NCBI GenBank assembly: GCA_017503105.1
Contig: JAFVTS010000008.1
Location: forward strand, 206,212-270,211
Direction: 5' to 3'
Length of the DNA: 64,000 nucleotides
Source of the DNA: Clostridia bacterium
GTDB taxonomy: Bacteria > Bacillota > Clostridia > Oscillospirales > CAG-272
Shown: piece after piece, positions 39,095 to 48,194 of the stretch
Position numbering within the stretch: position 1 is the stretch's first letter
Layout: every line of letters begins with the position of its first letter
Position numbers and translations under genes: made by a program
Notes under the pieces: model-generated
What the model was told of the DNA's origin: nothing
Seen by the model: only the letters and a program-made list of their open reading frames with translations
Database searches by the model: none

Positions 39095-41311
39095 TTAGCA
39101 ATAATCAAAAATTCTGCTCTTTAAAGTAGTATATCTGAGTATTTCTCTGTTATTGCCGACCATTCTCGCAGGAATATCGCTCCGTCCGACGAGCACGACC
39201 ATCTTTTTCGCCCTCGTTACGGCAGTGTAAAGAAGGTTTCTCGAAAGCAACATCGGCGCACACGAATACATTGGAATTATAACAACGGGATATTCACTAC
39301 CTTGGCTTTTATGCACCGTTATCGCGTAAGCAAGATCAAGCTCGTCAAGTATATCGAAGCCGTACTTCGCGAGTCTGTCGTCAAACCTTACGTACAGCGC
39401 TGAGTTCTGGTTATCTATATGCTCAATAACGCCGATATCTCCGTTGAAAACTCCGATACCCACCTCGTCACCGCGCTCCCACTCGATCTCGTAATCGTTT
39501 GCGATCTGCATAACCTTATCTCCCTCTCGGAAGACGACGCCGTGACTCTGCTTTTCCTTTTTGAATTTTGCGGGTGGATTCATACAGCTCTGCAACACCG
39601 AGTTAAGAATCTCGACACCTCCCGCGCCTTTTTTCGAAGGGGTAATGACCTGGATCTTTTGCCTTATGTCCCGACCGTACGCCCTTGGAAGTCTTTCCAT
39701 AACCAAGGATGCCACGGTATTCGCAATATCCCGCTCGTTTTCTCTTTTTACAAAGAAGAAATCGTTATCCGTGACGTTAAGAACGGGCGCCTCTCCCGCG
39801 TTTATCCTGTGCGCGTTCGTGACTATCAGACTCTCCTTTGCTTGCCTGAATATCTCGGTCAGGCGAACGGTCGCTATCGCCTCGGAAGCGATGAGATCCG
39901 AAAGCACGTTGCCCGCGCCGACGCTCGGAAGCTGATCGGAATCTCCTATAAGTATAAGATGCGCCCCCGGTCTTACGGCACGAAGAAGCGACGTCATAAG
40001 TGCAAGGTCCATCATAGACGCCTCGTCGATTATTATGACGTTTTCATCTATCGGATTTCTCTCGTTCCTTCCGTAGCGCATCTCGGACGAAGCCGTACCT
40101 CTTTCCGTTTCAAGAAGACGGTGCACGGTCCGCGCCTTTTCGCTCGTCGCCTCGCTCATTCTTTTCGCGGCTCTGCCCGTAGGTGCGGCAAGAGCCGTTT
40201 TCATACCGATACCCGAGAATATCGAAATAAGAGCCTTTACGACAGTCGTCTTTCCCGTGCCCGGTCCTCCCGTAAGAATAAAAACGCCGTGGTCAAGGGC
40301 TTCGAACAAGGCTTCCCTTTGCCGTCTTTCGTACGTTATTCCCGACTGAAGCTCAACCTTTTCTATAAGAGCGGCAATATCCATTCTCGTGAACTTAGCC
40401 GCCGTGTTTTCAAGAAGCCTCAGCTTCTTCGCGATGAAGTCCTCTGAATTTGCCGTTTCGTTCGTCATAATAAAGTCAACGCCGTCCGTACGGTAGAGTG
40501 AGAGCTCGCCGTTATCAAGCGCGTTTTCTATAAAATCGGAAACGACAGCAGAGTCGAGCGAAAGAGCCTCCGACGCCGCGAGGGTAAGCTTTTCTCTTGG
40601 CAGGCAGGTGTGACCGTTGACGGAAGCGTTATAGGAAAGAACGAAATCTATCCCCGCGAGAAGTCTGAACTCGGATTCGGGGTCAAAACCAAGTGAGCGT
40701 GCTATCTCATCCGCCTTTTCAAAGGGAATACCGAACTCGCCCGCGCAAAGAACGTAAGGATTCTCCTTTATCACGCCGACGGCGCCCGCGCCGAGCGATT
40801 TATATACTCTCGTTATCTCGGAAACGCTCATAAACTCCGAGCAAAACATCATAACGCCGCGTATTCCCGTCTGCTCCTTGAACGAAGCGGAAATAACGGC
40901 CGCCTTTTTCATAGTGATACCGGGAACGTCTGCAAGCCACTCGGGGTGATTTTCGATAACCTCAAAGGTGTCGGTGCCAAACCTGTTTACTATCTTTAGC
41001 GCGGTCACAGGACCGACGCCCTTTACGGTACGGGACGAGAGATACTGAAGTATTCCGTCAACCTCCTTCGGCAAGGTCTTCTCAAAGCTGTCGAAGCTGA
41101 ACTGCTTTCCGAATTCCTTATGGAAGGTCCACCGCCCCTGAAGAACGACGCACTCTCCCTCAAACGCCATAGGTATCACTCCGACGGCGGTGATAAGCGA
41201 ATTCTCGGAGTCGGAAATTTCCATTACGGTATAGTCGTTTTCTTCGTTTCTGTAAACTACGTTTTCAATAGTGCCCTTGACCGTGTCGGCAAGGCTATTC
41301 TTGTTTTCCAT
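39095..41311 (-). CDS. recD2: RecD2-type (RecD/TraA family) SF1 DNA helicase
   Basis: Walker A GGPGTGKTT, IIIDEASM and a C-terminal SH3-like/UvrD_C region (AITVHKSQGSE). ATG 41311 follows AAGGAGGAG. Confidence 0.85.
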   Translation of the reverse strand: MENKNSLADTVKGTIENVVYRNEENDYTVMEISDSENSLITAVGVIPMAFEGECVVLQGRWTFHKEFGKQFSFDSFEKTLPKEVDGILQYLSSRTVKGVGPVTALKIVNRFGTDTFEVIENHPEWLADVPGITMKKAAVISASFKEQTGIRGVMMFCSEFMSVSEITRVYKSLGAGAVGVIKENPYVLCAGEFGIPFEKADEIARSLGFDPESEFRLLAGIDFVLSYNASVNGHTCLPREKLTLAASEALSLDSAVVSDFIENALDNGELSLYRTDGVDFIMTNETANSEDFIAKKLRLLENTAAKFTRMDIAALIEKVELQSGITYERRQREALFEALDHGVFILTGGPGTGKTTVVKALISIFSGIGMKTALAAPTGRAAKRMSEATSEKARTVHRLLETERGTASSEMRYGRNERNPIDENVIIIDEASMMDLALMTSLLRAVRPGAHLILIGDSDQLPSVGAGNVLSDLIASEAIATVRLTEIFRQAKESLIVTNAHRINAGEAPVLNVTDNDFFFVKRENERDIANTVASLVMERLPRAYGRDIRQKIQVITPSKKGAGGVEILNSVLQSCMNPPAKFKKEKQSHGVVFREGDKVMQIANDYEIEWERGDEVGIGVFNGDIGVIEHIDNQNSALYVRFDDRLAKYGFDILDELDLAYAITVHKSQGSEYPVVIIPMYSCAPMLLSRNLLYTAVTRAKKMVVLVGRSDIPARMVGNNREILRYTTLKSRIFDYC

Positions 41312-41427
41312 AACTCTCCTCCTTCGCTTTTTTATTATTTTATCACTTTTTCGCCGAAGATTCAATATATAAATTAAAAACAATGAAAAAACGGTCAAAA
41401 CAGACCGTTTTTTCTAAAAAGCAAATC

Positions 41428-42609
41428 TTACTTGCAAAGAGCGCGAAGCTCATCGGCAATATCGCAGATCTCCCACTTAACGCCAAGCTCTTCTCTGCCC
41501 ATATGTCCGTAAGCGGCAAGCTGCTTGTATATCGGCTTGCGAAGATCAAACTTTTTGATTATAGCGGCAGGACGAAGGTCAACGAGCTTATCGACCGCCG
41601 CCGCGATCTTCTCTTCTGCCACGGTTGCCGTGCCGAAGGTCTCTATCATTACCGAAACGGGCTTTGCCACGCCTATTGCGTAAGCTATCTGAACCTCGCA
41701 TTTTTTAGCAAGTCCTGCTTTTACGATATTCTTCGCAACGTATCTTGCGGCGTAGGACGCGCTTCTGTCGACCTTGGTCGGGTCTTTACCGGAGAAGGCA
41801 CCGCCGCCGTGACGGGAATAACCGCCGTAAGTATCAACTATTATCTTTCTTCCCGTAAGTCCCGTGTCACCCTGCGGACCGCCGATAACGAATCTGCCCG
41901 TGGGGTTTACGTGGATATTGACCTTTCCGTCCATAAGCTCTTTAGGAACGATGGGAAGAATGACCTCTTCTATAATATCCTTTCTGATAGTCGCGGCGTC
42001 TATCTCCGCGCTGTGCTGAGAGGATATAACTATCGTGTCGACTCTCTTGGGTGCTCCGTCAACGTACTCGACCGTTACCTGCGTCTTGCCGTCGGGGCGA
42101 AGGTATGAGAGCTTGCCCGATTTTCTGACCTCGGTGAGTCTTTTTGCAAGCTTGTGAGCCAAGGATATGGGGAGCGGCATAAGCTCAGGCGTTTCGTCAC
42201 AAGCAAAGCCGAACATAAGCCCCTGGTCGCCCGCACCCGTATCAAACTCATCGGTGTCGGTTCCCTCTTTAGCTTCAAGGGACTTGTCAACGCCGAGAGC
42301 TATGTCCGCGCTCTGCTCGTGAATGGAGCTGAGAACGGCGCAGGTCGTAGCGTCAAAGCCGTACTTTGCTCTGTCGTATCCTATCTCCTTTACGGTATCT
42401 CTGACTATCTTCTGAACGTCGTACTTCGCGTTCGTCGTTATCTCACCCATAACGGTGATGATGCCCGTGGTGGCAAAGGTCTCGCAAGCAACGCGGCTCA
42501 TAGGATCCTCTGCGATTATAGCGTCAAGGATGGCGTCGGAGATCTTGTCACAAATTTTGTCGGGATGTCCTTCCGTTACGGACTCGGATGTAAAGAGAAA
42601 TTTATTCAT
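41428..42609 (-). CDS. metK: S-adenosylmethionine synthase
   Basis: [13 protein letters not shown]...[12 protein letters not shown]...GGGAFSGKD. Confidence 0.97.
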   Translation of the reverse strand: MNKFLFTSESVTEGHPDKICDKISDAILDAIIAEDPMSRVACETFATTGIITVMGEITTNAKYDVQKIVRDTVKEIGYDRAKYGFDATTCAVLSSIHEQSADIALGVDKSLEAKEGTDTDEFDTGAGDQGLMFGFACDETPELMPLPISLAHKLAKRLTEVRKSGKLSYLRPDGKTQVTVEYVDGAPKRVDTIVISSQHSAEIDAATIRKDIIEEVILPIVPKELMDGKVNIHVNPTGRFVIGGPQGDTGLTGRKIIVDTYGGYSRHGGGAFSGKDPTKVDRSASYAARYVAKNIVKAGLAKKCEVQIAYAIGVAKPVSVMIETFGTATVAEEKIAAAVDKLVDLRPAAIIKKFDLRKPIYKQLAAYGHMGREELGVKWEICDIADELRALCK

Positions 42610-42635
42610 TTAAGTATCCTTTCTTTTATCAAATC

Positions 42636-42764
42636 AAAGGCGGAAAGCCGCAAAAGCTCCCCGCCATTTAAGAAGATCTCATCTGTCGGGAATTAGCACC
42701 TTGTCACAAAAAAACAGGTTGCCGGGCTTCACAGGGCCAGTCCCTCCGCCACTCTTGATAAGTT
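42636..42764 (-). ncRNA. SAM-I (S-box) riboswitch in the metK leader
   Basis: Minus strand reads CTTATCAAGAGTGGCGGAGGGACTGGCCCTGTGAAGCCCGGCAACC...AAGGTGCTAATTCCCGACAGATGAGATC. A GC-rich hairpin and TTTGATTTG follow, before the metK SD. Confidence 0.85.
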
Positions 42765-42785
42765 GTATTTAATTTTACCTATAAC

Positions 42786-42814
42786 AGTATAGCATACCGC
42801 GAGCGAAAAATCAA
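42786..42814 (-). promoter_or_regulatory. Sigma-A promoter of the metK riboswitch transcript
   Basis: Minus strand reads TTGATT (42814-42809), 17-nt spacer, TATACT (42791-42786), with a TGc extended -10. It lies about 20 nt before the riboswitch. Confidence 0.6.
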
Positions 42815-42984
42815 GTGCTTTTCGCCATTTTTCGAGAAAAATATAAAAAGGTATCGGTATAGCGCGGCTCCCCGTCGAAGAAAACTAAGATAGCAAGCCC
42901 ACGCCCTACGGGAAAGTCTTAATATTGCTTATTTCACTGTTTTTTCTCTTTTTCAGCTTTGGCAACTTTCGTGCGAGCTTCCGC

Positions 42985-43017
42985 ACAAAAAAACTTCCGC
43001 CCTATCGAGAGCGGAAG
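42985..43017 (-). terminator. Intrinsic terminator after pyk
   Basis: CTTCCGC(43017-43011 on minus)/GCGGAAG, then TTTTTTT on the minus strand (A-run 42985-42993 on plus). Confidence 0.75.
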
Positions 43018-43038
43018 TTAAAGCAAAATTTTATATTT

Positions 43039-44451
43039 TTAAACCGTTTCTACTTTTATGAGATTGGTATTTCCCGTCGTGCCGTCGGTGACGCCGCCCG
43101 TGATGACCATTCTGTCGCCCGAGGACAGAGAGAAAGTGCTCTTCGCAAGCTTCGTCGCGGTGTAGAAGAGGACGTCAAGGGATTTAAAGGTCTCGCTCAT
43201 CACGGGGGTGACGCCCCAGGAAAGAGCGAGCTTGCGCCACGTGTCCTCCGACGTTGTGACGCCGAGAATATCAATGGGACAGCGGAAGCGGGAGACCATT
43301 CGCGCGGTCATACCCGAGAGTGAGCAAACGGCAATTGCCTTTGCTTTTATATCTATCGCCATACCGCAGGTCGCGTGCGAGATAGCGTCAACGGTATTGC
43401 GGATAATGAAATCGGAATCGCGGAAGAATTTTGCGTAATCAATATTCTCCTCGGTCTTTTTGACGATCTTCGACATTGCCTTGACGGCAAGGACGGGATA
43501 CTTGCCCGCTGCCGTTTCACCCGAGAGCATAACGGCGCTCGTGCCGTCGTAGACCGCGTTTGCAACGTCGGATATTTCTGCTCGCGTCGGTCTTGGGTTA
43601 TGGATCATCGACTCAAGCATTTCCGTCGCGGTGATAACTCTTTTACCGAGAAGGCGGCAGGTGGTTATCAGGTGCTTTTGAATGGCGGGAAGCTCCTCGT
43701 ATGGTATCTCGACGCCCATATCGCCTCTGCCAATCATAATTCCGTCGCATTCACGGCAGATGTCCTTGATATTGTCGACGCCCGCGCGGTTTTCGATCTT
43801 CGCGATAATATCAATATCGGCGCCACCGTGCTCTGCGAGAAAGGCTTTGACGTCGATGAGATCCTGCTTGACCGAAACGAAGGAGCAAGCGATAAAGTCA
43901 ACGCCCTGCTCTATTCCGAAAAGAAGATCGGATTTATCGTAATCGCTGAGATAGACCTGCTTCAAGACCTTATCGGGGAAGCTCATACTCTTTCTGTTTG
44001 AAACCTCACCGCCCTCAAGGACGCGGCACTTGATCTCCGTGCCCTCGACCTCTTCGACCTCGAATATGACGAGCCCGTTATTGAGAAGTATCTTGTCCCC
44101 TGCCGACATCTCGGACGGAAGGTCTTTATAGTTTACGGAAACTCTGTGCTCATCCCCCTCGATATCCTCGGAGGTGAACGTAAAGACGTCGCCCGAGTTC
44201 AAGAATACTTTACCGTCGCGGAAGGTCTTTATTCTGTATTCGGGGCCCTTGGTGTCAAGGAGAATGGCGATGGGAAGCCCGAGTTTTTCTCTGACGCTTT
44301 TTATCAGATTTATATTTTTCAAATGGTCCTCGTGCGTTCCGTGGGAGAAGTTGAGCCTTGCGACGTTCATTCCCGCAAGGCAAAGCTCCGTGAGCGTCTT
44401 CTCGTCGTTACAGGCAGGACCTATGGTACATACGATTTTTGTTTTCCTCAT
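43039..44451 (-). CDS. pyk: Pyruvate kinase
   Basis: MRKTKIVCTIGPA...NFSHG...MIGRGDMGVEIP. Confidence 0.95.
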   Translation of the reverse strand: MRKTKIVCTIGPACNDEKTLTELCLAGMNVARLNFSHGTHEDHLKNINLIKSVREKLGLPIAILLDTKGPEYRIKTFRDGKVFLNSGDVFTFTSEDIEGDEHRVSVNYKDLPSEMSAGDKILLNNGLVIFEVEEVEGTEIKCRVLEGGEVSNRKSMSFPDKVLKQVYLSDYDKSDLLFGIEQGVDFIACSFVSVKQDLIDVKAFLAEHGGADIDIIAKIENRAGVDNIKDICRECDGIMIGRGDMGVEIPYEELPAIQKHLITTCRLLGKRVITATEMLESMIHNPRPTRAEISDVANAVYDGTSAVMLSGETAAGKYPVLAVKAMSKIVKKTEENIDYAKFFRDSDFIIRNTVDAISHATCGMAIDIKAKAIAVCSLSGMTARMVSRFRCPIDILGVTTSEDTWRKLALSWGVTPVMSETFKSLDVLFYTATKLAKSTFSLSSGDRMVITGGVTDGTTGNTNLIKVETV

Positions 44452-44507
44452 CTTTTTCTCCGATATTTGCTGTTTGATATTTTGCCCGTATGTCCGCGTT
44501 TTAGTAG

Positions 44508-45737
44508 TTAAATAACGTAGTGCTTCGGCATTCCGTCCACGTAAATTTGAGAAATCTCGCCTTTAATCAAGGGCAGAAGATAATTTATGCCTTCTTTCGT
44601 TATTCCGTTGCCTTCTTCGTTTATGTACTCAGCAGGAACTTTCCTTATCTCGTTTGCGATGCCCTTTATTGACTCCGTGCGAACAGAAACGCCGTACTCT
44701 TCTCCGTCAGAGCGCTCGAATATCATCATAACGCCGCTTGAGCCCTCCGCGGCACTCTTGACAGCCGCGGCTCCTATCGTAAGCGATTCGGAAATATCCG
44801 TGCCCGACGCTATGTGCGCCGCGCATCTTTGAGTAAGGCTGAGCTCACAGGAGCGGACCTTGCATCCTATCCTGTTCTTCACCATCTCTTCAAGCACCTT
44901 TCCCGTGCCCGCAAGATACTTATGTCCGAAAACGTCGACCGCGCCCGATTGCGTTCCCTCACCTACGTATCTGCCGTCGGAGAAACGTATCCCCTCGGAA
45001 ACCGCCACAAGCACCGCGGGATGGTCGTCAAGCGCCTTTTTCAAGGAAGATATGAACTCTTCCTCATCGAAGGTGCGTTCGGGAAGATATACGAGATCGG
45101 GGCCGTCTCCCGTTACGGACGGAAGAGCCGCGGCGGCGGTAAGCCAGCCCGCATCTCTGCCCATTATCTCAACGATGGTGACCGCCTTGACGGTATATAC
45201 GGAGATATCGCGTTTGAACTCCTTGACGGTAGTGGCAACGAACTTCGCAGCCGAGCCGAAGCCCGGAGTGTGATCCGTGGCGGCAAGGTCGTTGTCGATA
45301 GTCTTGGGAACTCCGACGACGCGCATTTCATAATCCGCGCCCTTTGCATACTCGGAGAGCTTGAGGACGGTGTCCATCGAATCGTTTCCGCCTATATAGA
45401 AGAAATAGCGAATGTTGTATTTTTTGAAGATCTCAAAAAGCTTTTCGTAAGTTTCCCCGTCCTTATCGGGTGCACCGAGCTTTTTTCTGCACGAGCCGAG
45501 AGCTGCCGCAGGTGTCAGGGAAAGCGTTTCAAGATCCTCTTCCTTGCCTTCAAAAAGAGCCGTAAGATCGACGAGATCCTCTCTGAGAAGCCCCTCGACG
45601 CCGTTCTTCATTCCGTAAAGAACGTCGATATCGGAGCAGAAGAGCGCCCCCTTGATAACTCCCGCAAGCGTTGCGTTGATTGCCGCTGTGGGTCCTCCCG
45701 ACTGACCTACGACCGCGTTTCCGTGTAAAATACCCAT
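44508..45737 (-). CDS. pfp: 6-phosphofructokinase, predicted PPi-dependent (diphosphate--fructose-6-phosphate 1-phosphotransferase)
   Basis: PFK fold (GQSGGPTAAINA). The nucleotide discriminator positions read GGNDS and PKTIDND (Asp and Lys) rather than GGDGS and PGTIDND. Confidence 0.75.
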   Translation of the reverse strand: MGILHGNAVVGQSGGPTAAINATLAGVIKGALFCSDIDVLYGMKNGVEGLLREDLVDLTALFEGKEEDLETLSLTPAAALGSCRKKLGAPDKDGETYEKLFEIFKKYNIRYFFYIGGNDSMDTVLKLSEYAKGADYEMRVVGVPKTIDNDLAATDHTPGFGSAAKFVATTVKEFKRDISVYTVKAVTIVEIMGRDAGWLTAAAALPSVTGDGPDLVYLPERTFDEEEFISSLKKALDDHPAVLVAVSEGIRFSDGRYVGEGTQSGAVDVFGHKYLAGTGKVLEEMVKNRIGCKVRSCELSLTQRCAAHIASGTDISESLTIGAAAVKSAAEGSSGVMMIFERSDGEEYGVSVRTESIKGIANEIRKVPAEYINEEGNGITKEGINYLLPLIKGEISQIYVDGMPKHYVI

Positions 45738-45867
45738 ATTTTAGACCTCCATACGTCAAGGCAAAGCCTTGAAACATTTTTTCTCTATCAATTATACACC
45801 CAAAATCGCTAAAAGTCAACCGAATATAAGCCATCTTCTGTTAAATATAAAACTTTTATGTTAAATG

Positions 45868-45917
45868 TAAGTTTTATTTTTACCGTTTTCTTTAAGTTTT
45901 ATTTTTACCGTTTTCCC
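45868..45917. repeat. 25-bp tandem duplication spanning the stop codon of the SOD-like gene
   Basis: TAAGTTTTATTTTTACCGTTTTC occurs at 45868-45890 and again at 45893-45915 (23/23 identical, period 25). More degenerate GTTAAAT.TAA..TTTTAT copies lie at 45840-45877. Confidence 0.9.
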
Positions 45918-46437
45918 TTTCGTTTATCCTTGAGAAGTCAAGATGGGCAAGTGCCGCTCTGACGTAAGCGTCTTTTTTAAAGCCGTAATCCCTGAAAAAC
46001 GCGTGCTCAAAGAGGTCTATCGCAAGGTATATCTCCGCATCCCGAGAGAGCTCGCGCGAATCCGAAAAAGAGAGCCGCCCTCTTCCGTCCGACCAAACGC
46101 AAACGAAGCCGTCCGCCATTTTCTCCGCATAACGGGAAACAAGGTAAGCGAAATTGTTCTCCGAGCCGAAGCGCTCCTTTATTTTCGGACAAGGTATAAA
46201 CGACCGCCCGAAGGACGAAAAATATATTTCGTGCATTTTTATATCGTGCAAGAGCTTTTCTATCTCAGAGCGCTCTTTACCGTCAAGAGGCACTCCGCAA
46301 CGTCCGCCCCTCGCCGCCTTTTCAAGTTCAATACCGCTTTTCTTCAAAATGGACGCCTTATGCTTGAGCTCACAAAGATATTCCTTATGCTCTCTTATCG
46401 CGCCCTCCGACAAAAAAAGTTCCATACCGTTTTTCAT
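45892..46437 (-). CDS. Divergent Fe/Mn-superoxide-dismutase-like protein
   Basis: C-terminal DLFEHAFFRDYGFKKDAYV resembles the SOD D-x-W-E-H-A-Y-Y block, and MHEIYFSSF resembles NHxxFW. ATG 46437 is 7 nt after GGGAG; the longer ORF would overlap hslO. Confidence 0.5.
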   Translation of the reverse strand: MKNGMELFLSEGAIREHKEYLCELKHKASILKKSGIELEKAARGGRCGVPLDGKERSEIEKLLHDIKMHEIYFSSFGRSFIPCPKIKERFGSENNFAYLVSRYAEKMADGFVCVWSDGRGRLSFSDSRELSRDAEIYLAIDLFEHAFFRDYGFKKDAYVRAALAHLDFSRINERENGKNKT

Positions 46438-46505
46438 AAAACCGCTCCCAAAAAAATAAAATCTCCCTACCATATTATTCGGCAGAGAGATTTTCGGTTT
46501 ATGAT

Positions 46506-47393
46506 TTATTTGGTAAGCTCTTCCTCCGAGAAGGTGTACTCGCTGTTGCAGAAGCGGCAAACGGCGGTGAGCTCGCGCGGCTTTCCTTCAGCCACTTGTT
46601 CATCGAGCATTTTGAGTATCTCGGATTTACCGAGGCTCTTGATCTTTTTGTTCATTCTTTCGCGTGAGCAATCGCACTTATACTCGACCTCAAGCTCATC
46701 AAAAAGATCGTAAGGAACGTCGCGGAGCGCTATTTCCGCTATCTCCTCATTGGTAAGCCCCTTCTCGAAATAACGCGAGATATTGGAAAGATCGGCGGCG
46801 TTTCGCTCTATAAGATCGACCGTCGCGTCGTCGGGAAAAGGCATAAGCTGGATCAGGACTCCTCCCGCAGCAAGGCAGGAATAATCACGGTCAACGAGCA
46901 CGCCGAGCGAAAGCACGGTCGGGACCTGCTCACTTTTCGCAAAGTACGCCGCTATATCCTCGGCGATCTCGCCGCTGACTATCTCTGTCATTCCCATCTG
47001 AGGCTCCTTGCCGCCCATATCGCGGATGAACGAAAGCATACCCGCGCCGACAGCCGCACCGACGTCAAGCTTGCCGTTTGGCTTCTTTGGAGGATTCGCA
47101 AGAGGATTTTCAACGTATCCCTTTACGTTGCCGTAGTAATCGGCAACGGCTATAAGCTTTCCTATCGGTCCGTCGCCCGAGAAAGAAACGGTCACCCTGT
47201 CATCCTTTTCGGGGAGCATCGTTCCTATCATCGAAGCCGCGCTCACGAGCCTTCCGAGTGCCGCCGTCGCGGTAGGTGTCGTCCTATGCTTATCTATCAT
47301 AGCATTTACGATTTCTCTCGAATTTATAACTAAAATTCGGGCAGAACCGTCTTTTGTCATTCCTCTTAAAATAGTAGACGTCTTTTTTTCCAT
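46506..47393 (-). CDS. hslO: Redox-regulated chaperone Hsp33
   Basis: C-terminal zinc centre CDCSRERM...CRFCNSEY. Confidence 0.9.
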   Translation of the reverse strand: MEKKTSTILRGMTKDGSARILVINSREIVNAMIDKHRTTPTATAALGRLVSAASMIGTMLPEKDDRVTVSFSGDGPIGKLIAVADYYGNVKGYVENPLANPPKKPNGKLDVGAAVGAGMLSFIRDMGGKEPQMGMTEIVSGEIAEDIAAYFAKSEQVPTVLSLGVLVDRDYSCLAAGGVLIQLMPFPDDATVDLIERNAADLSNISRYFEKGLTNEEIAEIALRDVPYDLFDELEVEYKCDCSRERMNKKIKSLGKSEILKMLDEQVAEGKPRELTAVCRFCNSEYTFSEEELTK

Positions 47394-47414
47394 TTCATTT
47401 TCCTCTCTTTCGGG

Positions 47415-48176
47415 TCAAGTATTTTTCTTGCAGCGCGCCACGATATAAATGCGCTCAGATGCGTCGGTGGCGGCGTTAAATTCAAAATCGGAATAAGCAC
47501 CGACAAATTCAAATCCGCACTCCCCAAGTGCCCTTTTCAAGGACGCAAGCGTGTACATACGCTCCCTGCCCACGTCATCGAAGCGCTCGTATCTTCCGTC
47601 GTCGCACTCCGTCATAAGCGTTATATAAAAATCGCATATTTTCGTGCGCCCGTTATAATCGTTCTGCCAGATGCAAAGAGCTCCGTCCTCTTCCATAACG
47701 TACGAGCGATCGGCGTATATATTCTCAAACTTATATTTGCCGTTGACGTCAAATATAAACAATCCGTCGGGCGAAAGATAATTGTGAACGAGCGAGAAGC
47801 AACGCCCAAGATCGGAGCTGCTTACCAAATGGTTCACACAGTCAAGACAGCTGACCGTCACGTCCACGGTGCCGTAAAGCTCAAACTCCCGCATATCCTG
47901 ACAAAGCCAGAGCATCCTGTCCGAAAGGCCCGCTCTCTCCGCCGCGTCCCTCGCCGCGTCAAGCATCTCGGGCGAGGAGTCAACCCCCGTCATATCGTAT
48001 CCCCTCTTGGCAAGCTCAAGGGTCATTCTTCCCGTCCCGCATCCGAGATCGAGCCAAAGCTCAGGTGTGCCCGAATACTCTTTTTTCACTATTTTCTCAA
48101 TAAAATCAGCCCACGCCGAATAGTCGAGCGATCCGTTTATCTCATCGTAAAACGGCGCGATCAAATCATAAAACAT
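47415..48176 (-). CDS. Class I SAM-dependent methyltransferase (small-molecule/RNA type)
   Basis: Motif I LDLGCGTGRMT. No (D/N/S)PP(Y/F) DNA-methyltransferase motif. The SD GGTGGTGG begins 5 nt after the helicase stop. Confidence 0.8.
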   Translation of the reverse strand: MFYDLIAPFYDEINGSLDYSAWADFIEKIVKKEYSGTPELWLDLGCGTGRMTLELAKRGYDMTGVDSSPEMLDAARDAAERAGLSDRMLWLCQDMREFELYGTVDVTVSCLDCVNHLVSSSDLGRCFSLVHNYLSPDGLFIFDVNGKYKFENIYADRSYVMEEDGALCIWQNDYNGRTKICDFYITLMTECDDGRYERFDDVGRERMYTLASLKRALGECGFEFVGAYSDFEFNAATDASERIYIVARCKKNT

Positions 48177-48194
48177 ATATCCACCACCTAAGAA

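Noticed and set aside
39095-41311. RecD-family helicase as part of a defence system (for example Gabija- or Hachiman-like).
   Set aside because: It has the full-length RecD2 architecture, is a single gene with no partner nuclease or ATPase, and sits in a housekeeping neighbourhood.
47415-48176. The methyltransferase next to the helicase as a DNA modification (R-M-like) component.
   Set aside because: It has only the generic class I SAM motif (LDLGCGTG), no (D/N/S)PP(Y/F) or cytosine-C5 motifs, and no target-recognition domain. It looks like a small-molecule or RNA methyltransferase that commonly travels with housekeeping genes. It is kept as an open question only because of the 18-nt gap.
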